The notes under the pieces: model-generated
Seen by the model: the letters and a program-made list of their open reading frames with translations, nothing else
The model's database searches: none
Told to the model about the DNA's origin: nothing
Source of the DNA: Nemertoderma westbladi
Lineage: Eukaryota; Animalia; Xenacoelomorpha
Assembly (NCBI GenBank): GCA_032718475.1
Contig: JAUCBJ010000896.1
Location: forward strand, 36,513 to 100,512
Length of the DNA stretch: 64,000 nucleotides
Reading direction: 5' to 3'
Part shown: in pieces, positions 48,201 through 61,100 of the stretch
Numbering within the stretch: the first letter of the stretch is position 1
Layout: every line of letters starts with the position of its first letter
Made by a program: the position numbers and the translations under genes

Positions 48201-49060
48201 CGTAACGCTATAATGTGCTATTTTATGAGCAACGACGTAATATAGTTAGTATTTAATTGCTCTAAATGTTGGGTCGAAATGCCGGCGTTTAATGATTTCC
48301 CTAGAGAAATCCAACCCAACCACTGATCAGATGTGGGCAGAGGATTTACAGAATTTAATAAATAATTTTAATTAATAATAATATTTCCTAACAGAATAAA
48401 GAGTTGGAAGAGTTAGTTTACATGTTACATGATACAGATATAGTGATTTCATCCATTACACTGTATCAGATAATGGCTCCTCGGCTAATAAAGCAGAAAG
48501 ATGGGCTGAAGATTCAACAAAGAGTTGATGGATCTGTTGACTTCTATCGAAACTGGGATGAATATGTTGAAGGATTTGGCGACCCGAATACCAATTTTTG
48601 GTTGGGGTTGGCGGCGATCCACAAGCTGAGTGAAAACGGGGTGAAGTTGAGGGTCGATTTGTGGTACACTGGAAATGGGTGTGTATATCCCAATGATTGG
48701 AGAAATCGTAGTAAAAGGTATTACACCAACGAACACAAATACGCGGAATACAACAACTTCTCTATCGGATCAGCTGCAACTAATTACACCCTAAATGTAT
48801 CCGGTTACCATGGTACTGCTGGTGAATCATTGGAGTGGTATCACAACGGTCTCCCATTCTCTACCAAGGACCGCGATAATGACGGGTGGGGCTCCAACTG
48901 CGCCGTAGATCGTACTGGGGCGTGGTGGTACAAGGACTGTGCGTGGAGTAACTTGAACGGAGAATATGGTGGTGGTGATAATGGGATTGGACCTTATTGG
49001 GTTCATTTTACTAGATATCAGCCGGTTTATCGAGTTGAAATGAAGATTTGGATTGAGTAA
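45256..49060 (+). CDS. Secreted fibrinogen-related (FReD; ficolin/angiopoietin-like) protein, 5 exons, ~331 aa
   Basis: Exons 45256-45312 (signal peptide MLPVSLKLFSLLSALFLLQ), 47077-47106, 47467-47583, 47696-47821 (duplicated coiled-coil exons) and 48395-49060. All introns are GT-AG, phase 0. FReD motifs: QQRVDGSVDFYRNWDEYVEGFG, FWLGL, FSTKDRDND, NCA..GAWWY..C..SNLNG. Confidence 0.88.
46470..46990. repeat. ~69-bp tandem repeat x7 in intron 1
   Basis: GGTTAGAAAATCCCGCCTCTGTAACCTGCTCCTTTCCCTCAATTAG units. Confidence 0.9.
47213..47438. mobile_element. ~190-bp near-perfect palindrome in intron 2, probably an inverted Penelope-like pLTR remnant
   Basis: Arms 47213-47301 and 47317-47405; flanked by direct repeat TAAAAGTTATAAAA; hammerhead-like core; related sequence at 43400-43535. 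Confidence 0.55.
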
Positions 49061-50192
49061 AACTGTAAGTTTTATATAAAATTACTAAATAATTTCAATA
49101 GAGTTGCGTTGGAAACTAACTTTTACATTTAATTATAAAATATATAAATAATATTAATATAATATAAAAAATTAATTACAAAAAATATTAAAATATAATA
49201 AAAAAAATTTATATAATAAAAAATATAAATAAAATATATGATATAATATATTTGGGTGAAAAGTTAATAATAATAATTAATAATAATGAGTTCCGGAATA
49301 AATATCGTTTTTTACTATAAAATTATTTACTTTAACGTTTTTATTATTTATTTTGCAGTTAGAATTCCCAATAAGTTTTAGAAGAGACTGAATCTTGGCT
49401 ATTCTGCTATATGTTACCAGTTTATATGTGTGATGGTTATGGGTTATTGGTTTATGTTTGGTTAATATTTACAATATATTAATAAATTATAGTTGCAATA
49501 ACTTAACTTTATTTACTTAACTTGCTGTTAGACCAGGAGGGGCCGGTTGCATATAAATCAACCTTAGCTAAGGGGAACCTTAAGTCATAAGTGTTGCCTT
49601 AAATATTTCAACATCCGTATCAGTTGTTGTCTGCCTAATATTACCTAAAATATTTTATAGAAAAATAGCTGATATAATTAAACAAATTAATTGTTAATTA
49701 AACTTCTTTATTACCTAATAATATACAAATAAATCCTATTATATTTTAACGCCTCTGTTTGAATATCGCCAGTTATTGGGTTTCTGGGGGTGATTATAAT
49801 GCACACGCTATACCTAATACTGGGGGGCCGTCCTAAGACAAACCCAACTCGAATTTTGACGAAAATGAGATATTGGTATCATTTTAAAGCTTATGGATTG
49901 TTCTATCTGGTGGTAGAACTTAATAGAGTGCATCTAAACTATAAAGGGGTTAAAAAGGGTTTAGAATGTAACTGCATTGTATGAATTTGTTAAAGCATGC
50001 CACGGCAGAACCATGTAACCAACCGTAATGTGACAATGACACTATTAATGCTACTAATATTATACTATGGTTCTATTATACTACTAATGTAACTATAAGC
50101 GTACACCATGTATCTCATGCGAGTTTCATTGTTTTGGCTTAGGAACAGCTGTGGAAATTTATATAATTTACATGATGTAATATAATTAATAC

Positions 50193-52183
50193 TGTCTTAC
50201 GGGATCCACGGAGGATCCCGGTTTATCCGGTTATTCTAATTACGCGTCCCCGCCGTGTGAGTGAAAGATGGTTAAGAGTTCTGATATCGTTAATGTTCGT
50301 AGTTCTGATATAATATAATATGACAAGCACAGATAATAAGTAATAGCATTGGGTTATTGCAGTATAAAATAGGTGAATGATGGCTACAGTGGATGACGGC
50401 AGGACGACGGTATTAGAAGTCACCGCTCTGCCCTAGCTAAACCGACTAGCAGAATGAGATAACTAACTAATAAGTAACATGATAGCTGGTAATATATTGC
50501 ACGGGATGGCCATATCTCGCTACCCAGCCGGTGCCTCTCTCCCATTGGCTAATATCCCTGTTGGCGCCCTTTGGAGTGTTTCCCTTCACTCCTGCTATTC
50601 TCTCTCTGTCAGGGGTATGGCCCCCTGACCCCTATTGTGCGTTTCTCCTTCCCACTCTGTTGGGGTGACACGAGTGGTTGATTACCCAACCTCGTGGCCC
50701 CCAATATTGCTTAATGGCTCACTTTATGGGGTTTGGTGAGGCGGAATTGATTCGCTAACACTCCCCCCCATGCTATCTTCCCGGTGAGAAGATAGCATCA
50801 ACCTCTAAGTGCGCTTCAATTCCGCTGGAACTCGATCTATTATCGGGTGTGGGGTGGAGTTAATTTCTTGGAGTCGGCTTTCCAGGCCGCTCCCTATGGG
50901 TATGATCTCACTACCCTCTGGCGTCTCGTGTCGGGCCGATCGTGCGCTTCTCTCACACAATTTTTGTTTCCCCAACACTCTCACCACTCTAACTCCGCTC
51001 TCTGACTCAACTCGCTCTTACCCTCTCCCCACACCTGAATCGCACTCTTCTCTCTCGCCAACAGTTCCTTTCACTATCTCCTCTCTACTCCCTGCCACTC
51101 TCTAAGGCCCTGACCTCTAATGCTACCCCTGTGCTATCATACTATCTACCTTATCTAAGGTCTAACTTGCTAACTATCTAGCTTCTCTAACTCTAACTAA
51201 CTCCTAACTCTACTAACTACTAACTCTACTCTCTGCTAACTCTTACTACTTCTATTCTAACTCTGACTAAAACCCTCCATCTACGTGGCGCTTGTGGTGC
51301 CCACAACCATTCTACTACTACTTCTACTCTGCTACTATCTTTCTAACTCTACTAACTCTCTACAATCTCTAACTCTACTACCTGGCACCCTATGTGCCCG
51401 TCTCTACTATTCTACTCTCTGGCACCTTATGTGCCCTCTCCACTACTCTACTCTATCTACATCTCCACCTCCACTAATACCTCTATCTACGTGGCGCTTG
51501 CGGTGCCCACAACCACTCTCTGCTACTACTTTCTACGTGGCGCTTCCGGTGCCCACAACCACTCTTTCCTACTACTTTCTACGTGGCGCTTCCGGTGCCC
51601 ACGACCCCTCTCTTACTACTTTCTACGTGGCGCTTCCGGTGCCCACAACCTCTCTACCACCGCTACTTCCTACGTGGCGCTTCCGGTGCCCACGACCTCC
51701 CCTACTACTACTCGTGGCATGACAATACGCCACACTCCCTTACCCCGCCGCCTTCTAACTCTACTTCTACTTTACTTACTACTAACTCCTTACTATCTTC
51801 CACTAACTATTTATTATTTAATTATTTATTATTTATTTTTAATTAAATAATTTTCTTGTGGGAAGGGCGTCTCGCCCTCATTCCCACCCCCCTCAGTCCA
51901 AATATTGGACGACTAATCTCTAAGCTGCCCCTCAATCTTCCATCGATTCTTCCATGAGGCACTGTCCCGCTGCTGCTCTTGTTGGTCCTGTAGGATTCGC
52001 CGCACTCTCTTCGCCAATTCCATCTTACCAGGAATTGGTTCTCCCTCTTCTGCCACCCTGAAATCGGGTCTCTCCGCCGCCTTCTTAACTATCTCGTCTC
52101 CTGGCATCAAAATGCCACCTCCCTCCTTGTTATCTCCCGGCGGCAGAATGAAAAGAAAGTGAAAGAACAGGCAGAACAGAAGG
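50193..52183 (-). mobile_element. 3' end of non-autonomous BEL/Pao relative C (LTR 50193-50760, PPT, hairpin array, ORF tail), cut off by the Helitron cluster
   Basis: LTR similar to but diverged from those of B and B'. 50761-52183 is collinear with 19655-21262. Six hairpin units lie at 51281-51700. Confidence 0.88.
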
Positions 52184-55100
52184 TCCACGAAGCTAAGGAA
52201 AATCAACTACTTTCGCTAAGAAAGATTTTCCTTAGCTGAGATGGTCTATTCATAGTGGGCTATTTTACTTGTATGAGGCAGATTTAGGTGAAAAAACTAG
52301 CCTTTAAAAGTACCCTGAAATTTTGCATGTATATACAACTCATCAAGGCGCGTCGTGTGGGATGGGTCTCATATCCAGGAAAAATCTGGTTTCCATGGCA
52401 ACGGACTTAGAAAAAAGTCTATGTATTTCAAGTCAATATTTGTAACTCTATTTGTAGGAAAACTATAATAGATATAAACTTGGGGTTTCTCAACACAACT
52501 ATAAGGTCCATAGCAGAGCCGATTGAGGTTAAATAGAAAATCCGGTTACCTTGGCAACCGGGCTAAACAGATGTTAAAATTTATAAAATGTTAATTTGAA
52601 GCCTAAGGTTAAGGTGTTATGTCTTGGGACCAACCCCTACCCCCACTATATGACTTATTCTGCGTCCGAATTTCATTCTTTAATTTTGCAGTTACCATGA
52701 AAACCGCTGAAAACAGATGTTTTTATACAAAAATAACTCATTTGGACATAGACTTCGCGATAAAATTTTACTAGAAAGGCATTTCCTAAAGGAAATGCAA
52801 CCACGAAGCTAAGGAAAATTAAACACTCTTTGACTCATCAGTTCATTGATTTACCGAGTTAAAAGAACTCCCGGTATTGCCAAGGTAACTGGACTTTTCT
52901 AGAAATGCTGAGTTTTACATTAAGATCTAGTTTGTGGTTCCAGGTGACACATCGACTTCAAGGAAGCTTCATTGAGTAGTTTATGTGCAAAATTAATTAT
53001 TAATTTGTTAAAAAGTCTGTTTGCAGTGGTTGTCAAGGTAACTGGCAAATAGAACAACGTAGATTGGATGCAGAATAAGTGATATTATGCTGGTAGGGGT
53101 TGGTCCCAAGTCATAATGCCTTTAACTTGTGTTTCTAATTATAATTTTTTAAATTATAACATCTGTTTCGCATGGTTACCAAGGTAACTGGATTTTCTAA
53201 TTAACCACAATTGGCTCCTCTAAGGACCTTCCTTATAGTTGAGTTGGGAAACCCAATATTTATATCTAATACAGTTTTCCTACAAACAAGAGTTAAAAAT
53301 ATAGACTTGAATGATATTGACTTTAATAAGCTCCAGTTACCATGGTAACTAGATATTTTTGCAATGTTTTGAGTTTCACTAAAAGTTCCAAATAGTGGTC
53401 CAGATAACACATACCCAGTTTTGTAAAATTTTATCGTGAAGTCTATCTCCAAATGAATAATTGTTGTATAAAAACATCTGTTTTCAGCGGTTGTCATGGT
53501 AACTGCAAAATAGAACAATCAAATTCGGGCGCAGAATAAGTTATATAGTGGGGGTAGGGATTGGTCCCAAGTCATCACACCTTAACCTTAGGCTTCAAAT
53601 TAACATTTTAAAAATTTTAACTTCTTTTTACCCCGGTTGCCAAGGAAACTGGATTTTCTATTTAACCTCAATCGGCTCTGCTATGGACCTTATAGTTGTG
53701 TTGAGAAACCCCAAGTTTATATGTATTATAGTTTTCCTACAAAAAGAGTTACAAATATTGACTTGAAGACTTTTCCTGGATATGAGACCCATCCCACACG
53801 ACGCGCCTTGATGAGTTGTATATACATGCAAAATTTCAGGGTACTTTTAAAGGCTAGTTTTTTCACCTATCAAAAAACACTAAATCTGCTCCATACAAGT
53901 AAAACAGCCCACTATGAATAGACCATCTCAGCTAAGGAAAATCTTTCTTAGCGAAAGTAGTTGATTTTCCTTAGCTTCGTGGATAGACTTTAATAAACTC
54001 CAGTAACCATGGTAACAAGATATTTCTGGAATGTTTTCAGTTTCACTAAAAGTTCCAACTAGTGGTCCAGATAACACATACCCAGTTTTGTAAAATTTTA
54101 TCGTGAAAGTCTATGTCCAAATGAATAAGTTTTGAATAAAAACATCTGTTTTCAGCGGTTGTCATGGTAACTGAAAAATAGAACAATGTAATTCGGATGC
54201 AGAATAAGTTATATAGTGGGGGTAGGGGTTGGTCCCAAGTCATAACACCTTGCCCTTAGGCCTCAAATTAACATTTTATAAATTTTAACATCTGTTTATC
54301 CCGGTTGCCAAGGTAACTGGATTTTCTATTTAGCCTCAATCGGATCTGCTATGGACCTTATAGTTGTGTTGCGAAACCCCAAGTTTATATCTATTATAGT
54401 TTTCCTACAAATAGAGTTATAAATATTGACTTGAAATACATAGACTTTTTTCTAAGTCCGTTGCCATGGAAACCAGATTTTTCCTGGATATGAGACCCGG
54501 CCCAAAAGATGCGCCTCGTCGAGTAGTATATACATGCAAAATTTCAGGGTACTTTTAAAGGCTAGTTTTTTCACCGGTCAAAAAAAACCAAATCTGCCTC
54601 ACACAAGTAAAATAGCCCACTATGAATAGACCATCTCAGCTAAGGAAAATCTTTCTTAGCGAAAGTAGTTGATTTTCCTTAGCTTCGTGGACTTGGGACT
54701 AACCCCTACTAGAAAGGCATTTCCTAAAGGAAATGCAACCACGAAGCTAAGGAAAATTAAACAAACGGCCACAATTTGGTTCGTTGCTTAGCCTAGTTTA
54801 GTAGCATTTGCCAATAAATAACTTCTATTCCCATGGAAACTAGAGTTCTCTGGAACTGTTGGTTTTACCTTTGAAAAAAGATTCAGTCCAGATTGTTTTT
54901 CAGATAACACATCGAGTTTCAGAAAATATTGTAGTTTATGTCCAAATTACAGATTTTCTATCAAAATGCATCTGTTTGCAGTGGTTGTCATGGAAACTGA
55001 AAAATAGAACAATGTAATTCGGATGCAGAATAAGTCATATAGTGGGGGTAGGTGTTGGTCCCAAGTCATAATACTATTAAATTGTGCTTCAAATTATCAT

Positions 55101-58100
55101 TTTATTAATTTTAACATCTGTTTACTCTTGTTGCTATGGTAAATGGATTTTCTAATTAACTTCGAACGGCTTGTATATGGACCTTATAGATGAGTTGCAA
55201 AACCCCAAGTTTATATATATTACAGTTTTTCTCCAAATAGAGTTATGATTATAGACTTGAATGATATATAACTTTAAAAAAACTACAGTTACCATGGTAA
55301 CTAGATATTTCTGGAATGTTTTGAGTTTCACTAAAAGTTCCAACTAGTGGTCCAGATAACACATACCTAGTTTCGTAAAATTTTATCGTGAAGTCTATGT
55401 ACAAATGAATAATTTTCGTATAAAAACATCTGTTTTCAGCGGTTGTCAAGGTAACTGCAAAATAGAACAATCAAATTCGGACGCAGAATAAGTTATATAG
55501 TGGGGGTAGGGATTGGTCCCAAGTCATCACACCTTAACCTTAGGCTTCAAATTAACATTTTAAAAATTTTAACATCTGTTTAGCCCGGTTGCCAAGGTAA
55601 CTGGATTTTCTATTTAACCTCAATCGGCTCTGCTATGGACCTTATAGTTGTGTTGAGAAACCCCAAGTTTATATGTATTATAGTTTTCCTACAAATAGAG
55701 TTACAAATATTGACTTGAAATACATAGACTTTTTTCTAAGTCCGTTGCCATGGAAACCAGATTTTTCCTGGAGATGAGACCCATCCCACACGACGCGCCT
55801 TGATGAGTTGTATATACATGCAAAATTTCAGGGTACTTTTAAAGGCTAGTTTTTTCCCCGACCAAAAAAAACCAAATCTGCCCCATACAAGTAAAATAGC
55901 CCACTATGAATAGACCATCTCAGCTAAGGAAAATCTTTCTTAGCGAAAGTAGTTGATTTTCCTTAGCTTCGTGGATTTATTCAAAAATGAATGAAACTGT
56001 TATCACTATATATCTTACTAGAACTACTGACACTAATGTGGAACAGCTAGGATATTTGCGCTTTGTTTTTGTTTTAGTTTTAGTACTAGAAAGGCATTTC
56101 CTAAAGGAAATGCAACCACGAAGCTAAGGAAAATTAAACAAACGGCCACAATTTGGTTCGTTGCTTAGCCTAGTTTAGTAGCATTTGCCAATAAATAACT
56201 TCTATTCCCATGGAAACTAGAGTTCTCTGGAACTGTTGGTTTTACCTTTGAAAAAAGATTCAGTCCAGATTGTGGTTCAGATAACACATATCGAGTTTCA
56301 GAAAATATTGTAGTTTATGTCCAAATTACAGATTTTCTATCAAAATGCATCTGTTTGCAGTGGTTGTCATGGAAACTGAAAAATAGAACAATGTAATTCG
56401 GATGCAGAATAAGTCATATAGTGGGGGTAGGGGTTAGTCCCAAGTCATAATACTATTAACTTGTGCTTCAAATTATCATTTTATTAATTTTAACATCTGT
56501 TTAGTCTTGTTGCTATGGTAACTGGATTTTCTAATTAACTTCGAACGGCTTGTATATGGACCTTATAGATGAGTTGCAAAACCCCAAGTTTATATATATT
56601 ACAGTTTTGCTACAAATAGAGTTATCAATATAGATTTGAATGATATAGAGTTTAATAAACTACAGTTACCATGGTAACTAAATTTCTGGAATAATTTAAG
56701 TTTCACTAAAAGTTCCAACTAGTGGTCCAGATAACACATACCCAGTTTTGTAAAATTTTATCGTGAAGTCTATGTCCAAATGAATAAGTTTTGAATAAAA
56801 ACATCTGTTTTCAGCGGTTGTCATGGTAACTGAAAAATAGAACAATGTAATTCGGATGCAGAATAAGTTATATAGTGGGGGTAGGGGTTGGTCCCAAGTC
56901 ATAACACCTTGCCCTTAGGCCTCAAATTAACATTTTATAAATTTTAACATCTGTTTATCCCGGTTGCCAAGGTAACTGGATTTTCTATTTAGCCTCAATC
57001 GGATCTGCTATGGACCTTATAGTTGTGTTGCGAAACCCCAAGTTTATATCTATTATAGTTTTCCTACAAATAGAGTTATAAATATTGACTTGAAATACAT
57101 AGACTTTTTTTGAAGTCCGTTGCCATGGAAACCAGATTTTTCCTGGATATGAGACCCGGCCCAAAAGATGCGCCTCGTCGAGTAGTATATACATGCAAAA
57201 TTTCAGGGTACTTTTAAAGGCTAGTTTTTTCCCCGATCAAAAAAAACCAAATCTGCCCCATACAAGTAAAATAGCCCACTATGAATAGACCATCTCAGCT
57301 AAGGAAAATCTTTCTTAGCGAAAGTAGTTGATTTTCCTTAGCTTCGTGGATTGACTTCAGTTATCATGATAATGTTTAATGAACTATTATTACGAGAAAG
57401 GCATTTCCTAAAGGAAATGCAACCACGAAGCTAAGGAAAATTAAACAAACGGCCACACTTTGGTTCGTTGCTTAGCCTCGTTTAGTAGCAATTGTCAATA
57501 ATTAACTTCTATTCCCATGGAAACTAGAGTTCTCTGGAACTGTTGCTTTAACCTTTGAAAAAAAATTCAGTACAGATTGTGGTTCAGATAACACATATAC
57601 TGAGTTTCAGAAAATATTGTAGTTTATGTCCAAATTACCGATTTTCTATCAAAATGCATCTGTTTGCAGTGGTTGTCATGGAAACTGAAAAATAGAACAA
57701 TGTAATTCGGATGCAGAATAAGTCATATAGTGGGGGTAGGGGTTAGTCCCAAGTCATAATACTATTAACTTGTGCTTCAAATTATCATTTTATAAATTTT
57801 AACATCTGTTTAGACTTGTTGCTATGGTAACTGTATTTTCTAATTAACCTCAAACGGCTTGGATATGGATCTTATAGATGAGTTGCAAAACCCCAAGTTT
57901 ATATATATTACAGTTTTGCTACAAATAGAGTTATCAATATAGATTTGAATGATATAGAGTTTAATAAACTACAGTTACCATGGTAACTAAATTTCTGGAA
58001 TAATTTAAGTTTCACTAAAAGTTCCAACTAGTGGTCCAGATAACACATACCCAGTTTTGTAAAATTTTATCGTGAAGTCTATGTCCAAATGAATAAGTTT

Positions 58101-61100
58101 TGAATAAAAACATCTGTTTTCAGCGGTTGTCATGGTAACTGAAAAATAGAACAATGTAATTCGGATGCAGAATAAGTTATATAGTGGGGGTAGGGGTTGG
58201 TCCCAAGTCATAACACCTTGCCCTTAGGCCTCAAATTAACATTTTATAAATTTTAACATCTGTTTATCCCGGTTGCCAAGGTAACTGGATTTTCTATTTA
58301 GCCTCAATCGGATCTGCTATGGACCTTATAGTTGTGTTGCGAAACCCCAAGTTTATATCTATTATAGTTTTCCTACAAATAGAGTTATAAATATTGACTT
58401 GAAATACATAGACTTTTTTTGAAGTCCGTTGCCATGGAAACCAGATTTTTCCTGGATATGAGACCCGGCCCAAAAGATGCGCCTCGTCGAGTAGTATATA
58501 CATGCAAAATTTCAGGGTACTTTTAAAGGCTAGTTTTTTCGCCTATCAAAAAACCCCAAATCTGCCTCACACAAGTAAAATAGCCCACTATGAATAGACC
58601 ATCTCAGCTAAGGAAAATCTTTCTTAGCGAAAGTAGTTGATTTTCCTTAGCTTCGTGGAACTAGAAAGGCATTTCCTAAAGGAAATGCAACCACGAAGCT
58701 AAGGAAAATTAAACACTCTTTGACTCATCACTTCATTGCTTTACAGAGTTAAGAGGCATATGCCTTAAAGACTCATATTACAATGGCAACCGGAGTTTTC
58801 TAGAACTGCTGAGGATTACATTAAGATCCGGTTTGTGGTTCCAGGTGACACATACTTCAATTCAGTTTCATTGAGTAGTTAATGTGTAAAACAAAGTATT
58901 TAATTGTTAAAACGTCTGTTTGTAGTGGTTGTCATGGAAACTGAAAAATTGAGACAATTAAATTGGATGCGTAATTAGTGATATAGTGGGGGTAGGGATT
59001 GGTCCCAAGTCGTAATACCTTAATGTTATGCTTCAAATAACCATTTTATAAATTTGAACATCTGTTTAGCATGGTTGCCCTGGTAACTGGATTTTCTAAT
59101 TAACCTCAATCAGCTCGACTATTGTCCTTATCATTGAGTTGAGAAACCCCAAGTTTATATCTATTGCGGTTATTCTATAAATAGAGTTATGAATATAGAC
59201 TTGAATGATATAATCTGTAATAAACTCCAGTTACCACGGTAACTAGATATTTCTGGAATGTTTTTTAGTTTCACTAAAAGTTCCAACTAGTGGTCTAGTT
59301 AACACATAACCAGTTTCGTAAAATTTTATAGCGAAGTCTATGTCCAAATTAGTAATTTTTGTATAAAAACATCTGTTTTCAGCGGTTGTCATGGTAACTG
59401 CAAAATAGAACAATCAAATTCGGACGCAGAATAAGTTATATAGTGGGGGTAGGGGTTGGTCCCAAGTCATAACACCTTAACCTTAGGCTTCAAATTAACA
59501 TTTTATAAATTTTAACATCTGTTTAGCCCGGTTGCCAAGGTAACTGGATTTTCTATTTAACCTCAATCGGCTCTGCTATGGACCTTATAGTTGAGTTGAG
59601 AAACCCCAAGTTTATATCTATTATAGTTTTCCTACAAATAGAGTTATAAATATTGACTTGAAATACATAGACTTTTTTCTAAGTCCGTTGCCATGGAAAC
59701 CAGATTTTTCCTGGATATGAGACCCATCCCACACGACGCGCCTTGATGAGTAGTATATACATGCAAAATTTCAGGGTACTTTTAAAGGCTAGTTTTTTCC
59801 CCGACCAAAAAAAACCAAATCTGCCTCATACAAGTAAAATAGCCCACTATGAATAGACCATCTCAGCTAAGGAAAATCTTTCTTAGCGAAAGTAGTTGAT
59901 TTTCCTTAGCTTCGTGGACGAAACTGGGAATGTGTTATCTGGACCATTAGTTGGAACTTTTAGTGAAACTGAAAACGTTCCAGAAATATCTTGTTACCAT
60001 GGTACCTGGAGTTTATTAAAGTCTATATCATTCAAGTCTAAATTCAATACTCTATTTGTAGCAAAATACACGAAGCTAAGGAAAATCAACTACTTTCGCT
60101 AAGAAAGATTTTCCTTATCTGAGATGGTGTATTCATAGTGGGCTATTTTACTTGTATGGGGCAGATTTAGTGTTTTTTGACTCCAGAAAAACTAGAAAGG
60201 CATTTCCTAAAGGAAATGCAACCACGAAGCTAAGGAAAATTAAACAAACGGCCACAATTTGGTTCGTTGCTTAGCCTAGTTTAGTAGCATTTGCCAATAA
60301 ATAACTTCTATTCCCATGGAAACTAGAGTTCTCTGGAACTGTTGGTTTTACCTTTGAAAAAAGATTCAGTCCAGATTGTTTTTCAGATAACACATCGAGT
60401 TTCAGAAAATATTGTAGTTTATGTCCAAATTACAGATTTTCTATCAAAATGCATCTGTTTGCAGTGGTTGTCATGGAAACTGAAAAATAGAACAATGTAA
60501 TTCGGATGCAGAATAAGTCATATAGTGGGGGTAGGTGTTGGTCCCAAGTCATAATACTATTAAATTGTGCTTCAAATTATCATTTTATTAATTTTAACAT
60601 CTGTTTACTCTTGTTGCTATGGTAAATGGATTTTCTAATTAACTTCGAACGGCTTGTATATGGACCTTATAGATGAGTTGCAAAACCCCAAGTTTATATA
60701 TATTACAGTTTTTCTCCAAATAGAGTTATGATTATAGACTTGAATGATATATAACTTTAAAAAAACTACAGTTACCATGGTAACTAGATATTTCTGGAAT
60801 GTTTTGAGTTTCACTAAAAGTTCCAACTAGTGGTCCAGATAACACATACCTAGTTTCGTAAAATTTTATCGTGAAGTCTATGTACAAATGAATAATTTTC
60901 GTATAAAAACATCTGTTTTCAGCGGTTGTCAAGGTAACTGCAAAATAGAACAATCAAATTCGGACGCAGAATAAGTTATATAGTGGGGGTAGGGATTGGT
61001 CCCAAGTCATCACACCTTAACCTTAGGCTTCAAATTAACATTTTAAAAATTTTAACATCTGTTTAGCCCGGTTGCCAAGGTAACTGGATTTTCTATTTAA

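Noticed and set aside
50181-50192. GTATTA after the LTR of C matching its R-region site
   Set aside because: This is a 3' LTR with an altered terminus in AT-rich flank. A 6-nt match may be chance, so it is not counted as evidence for self-priming.
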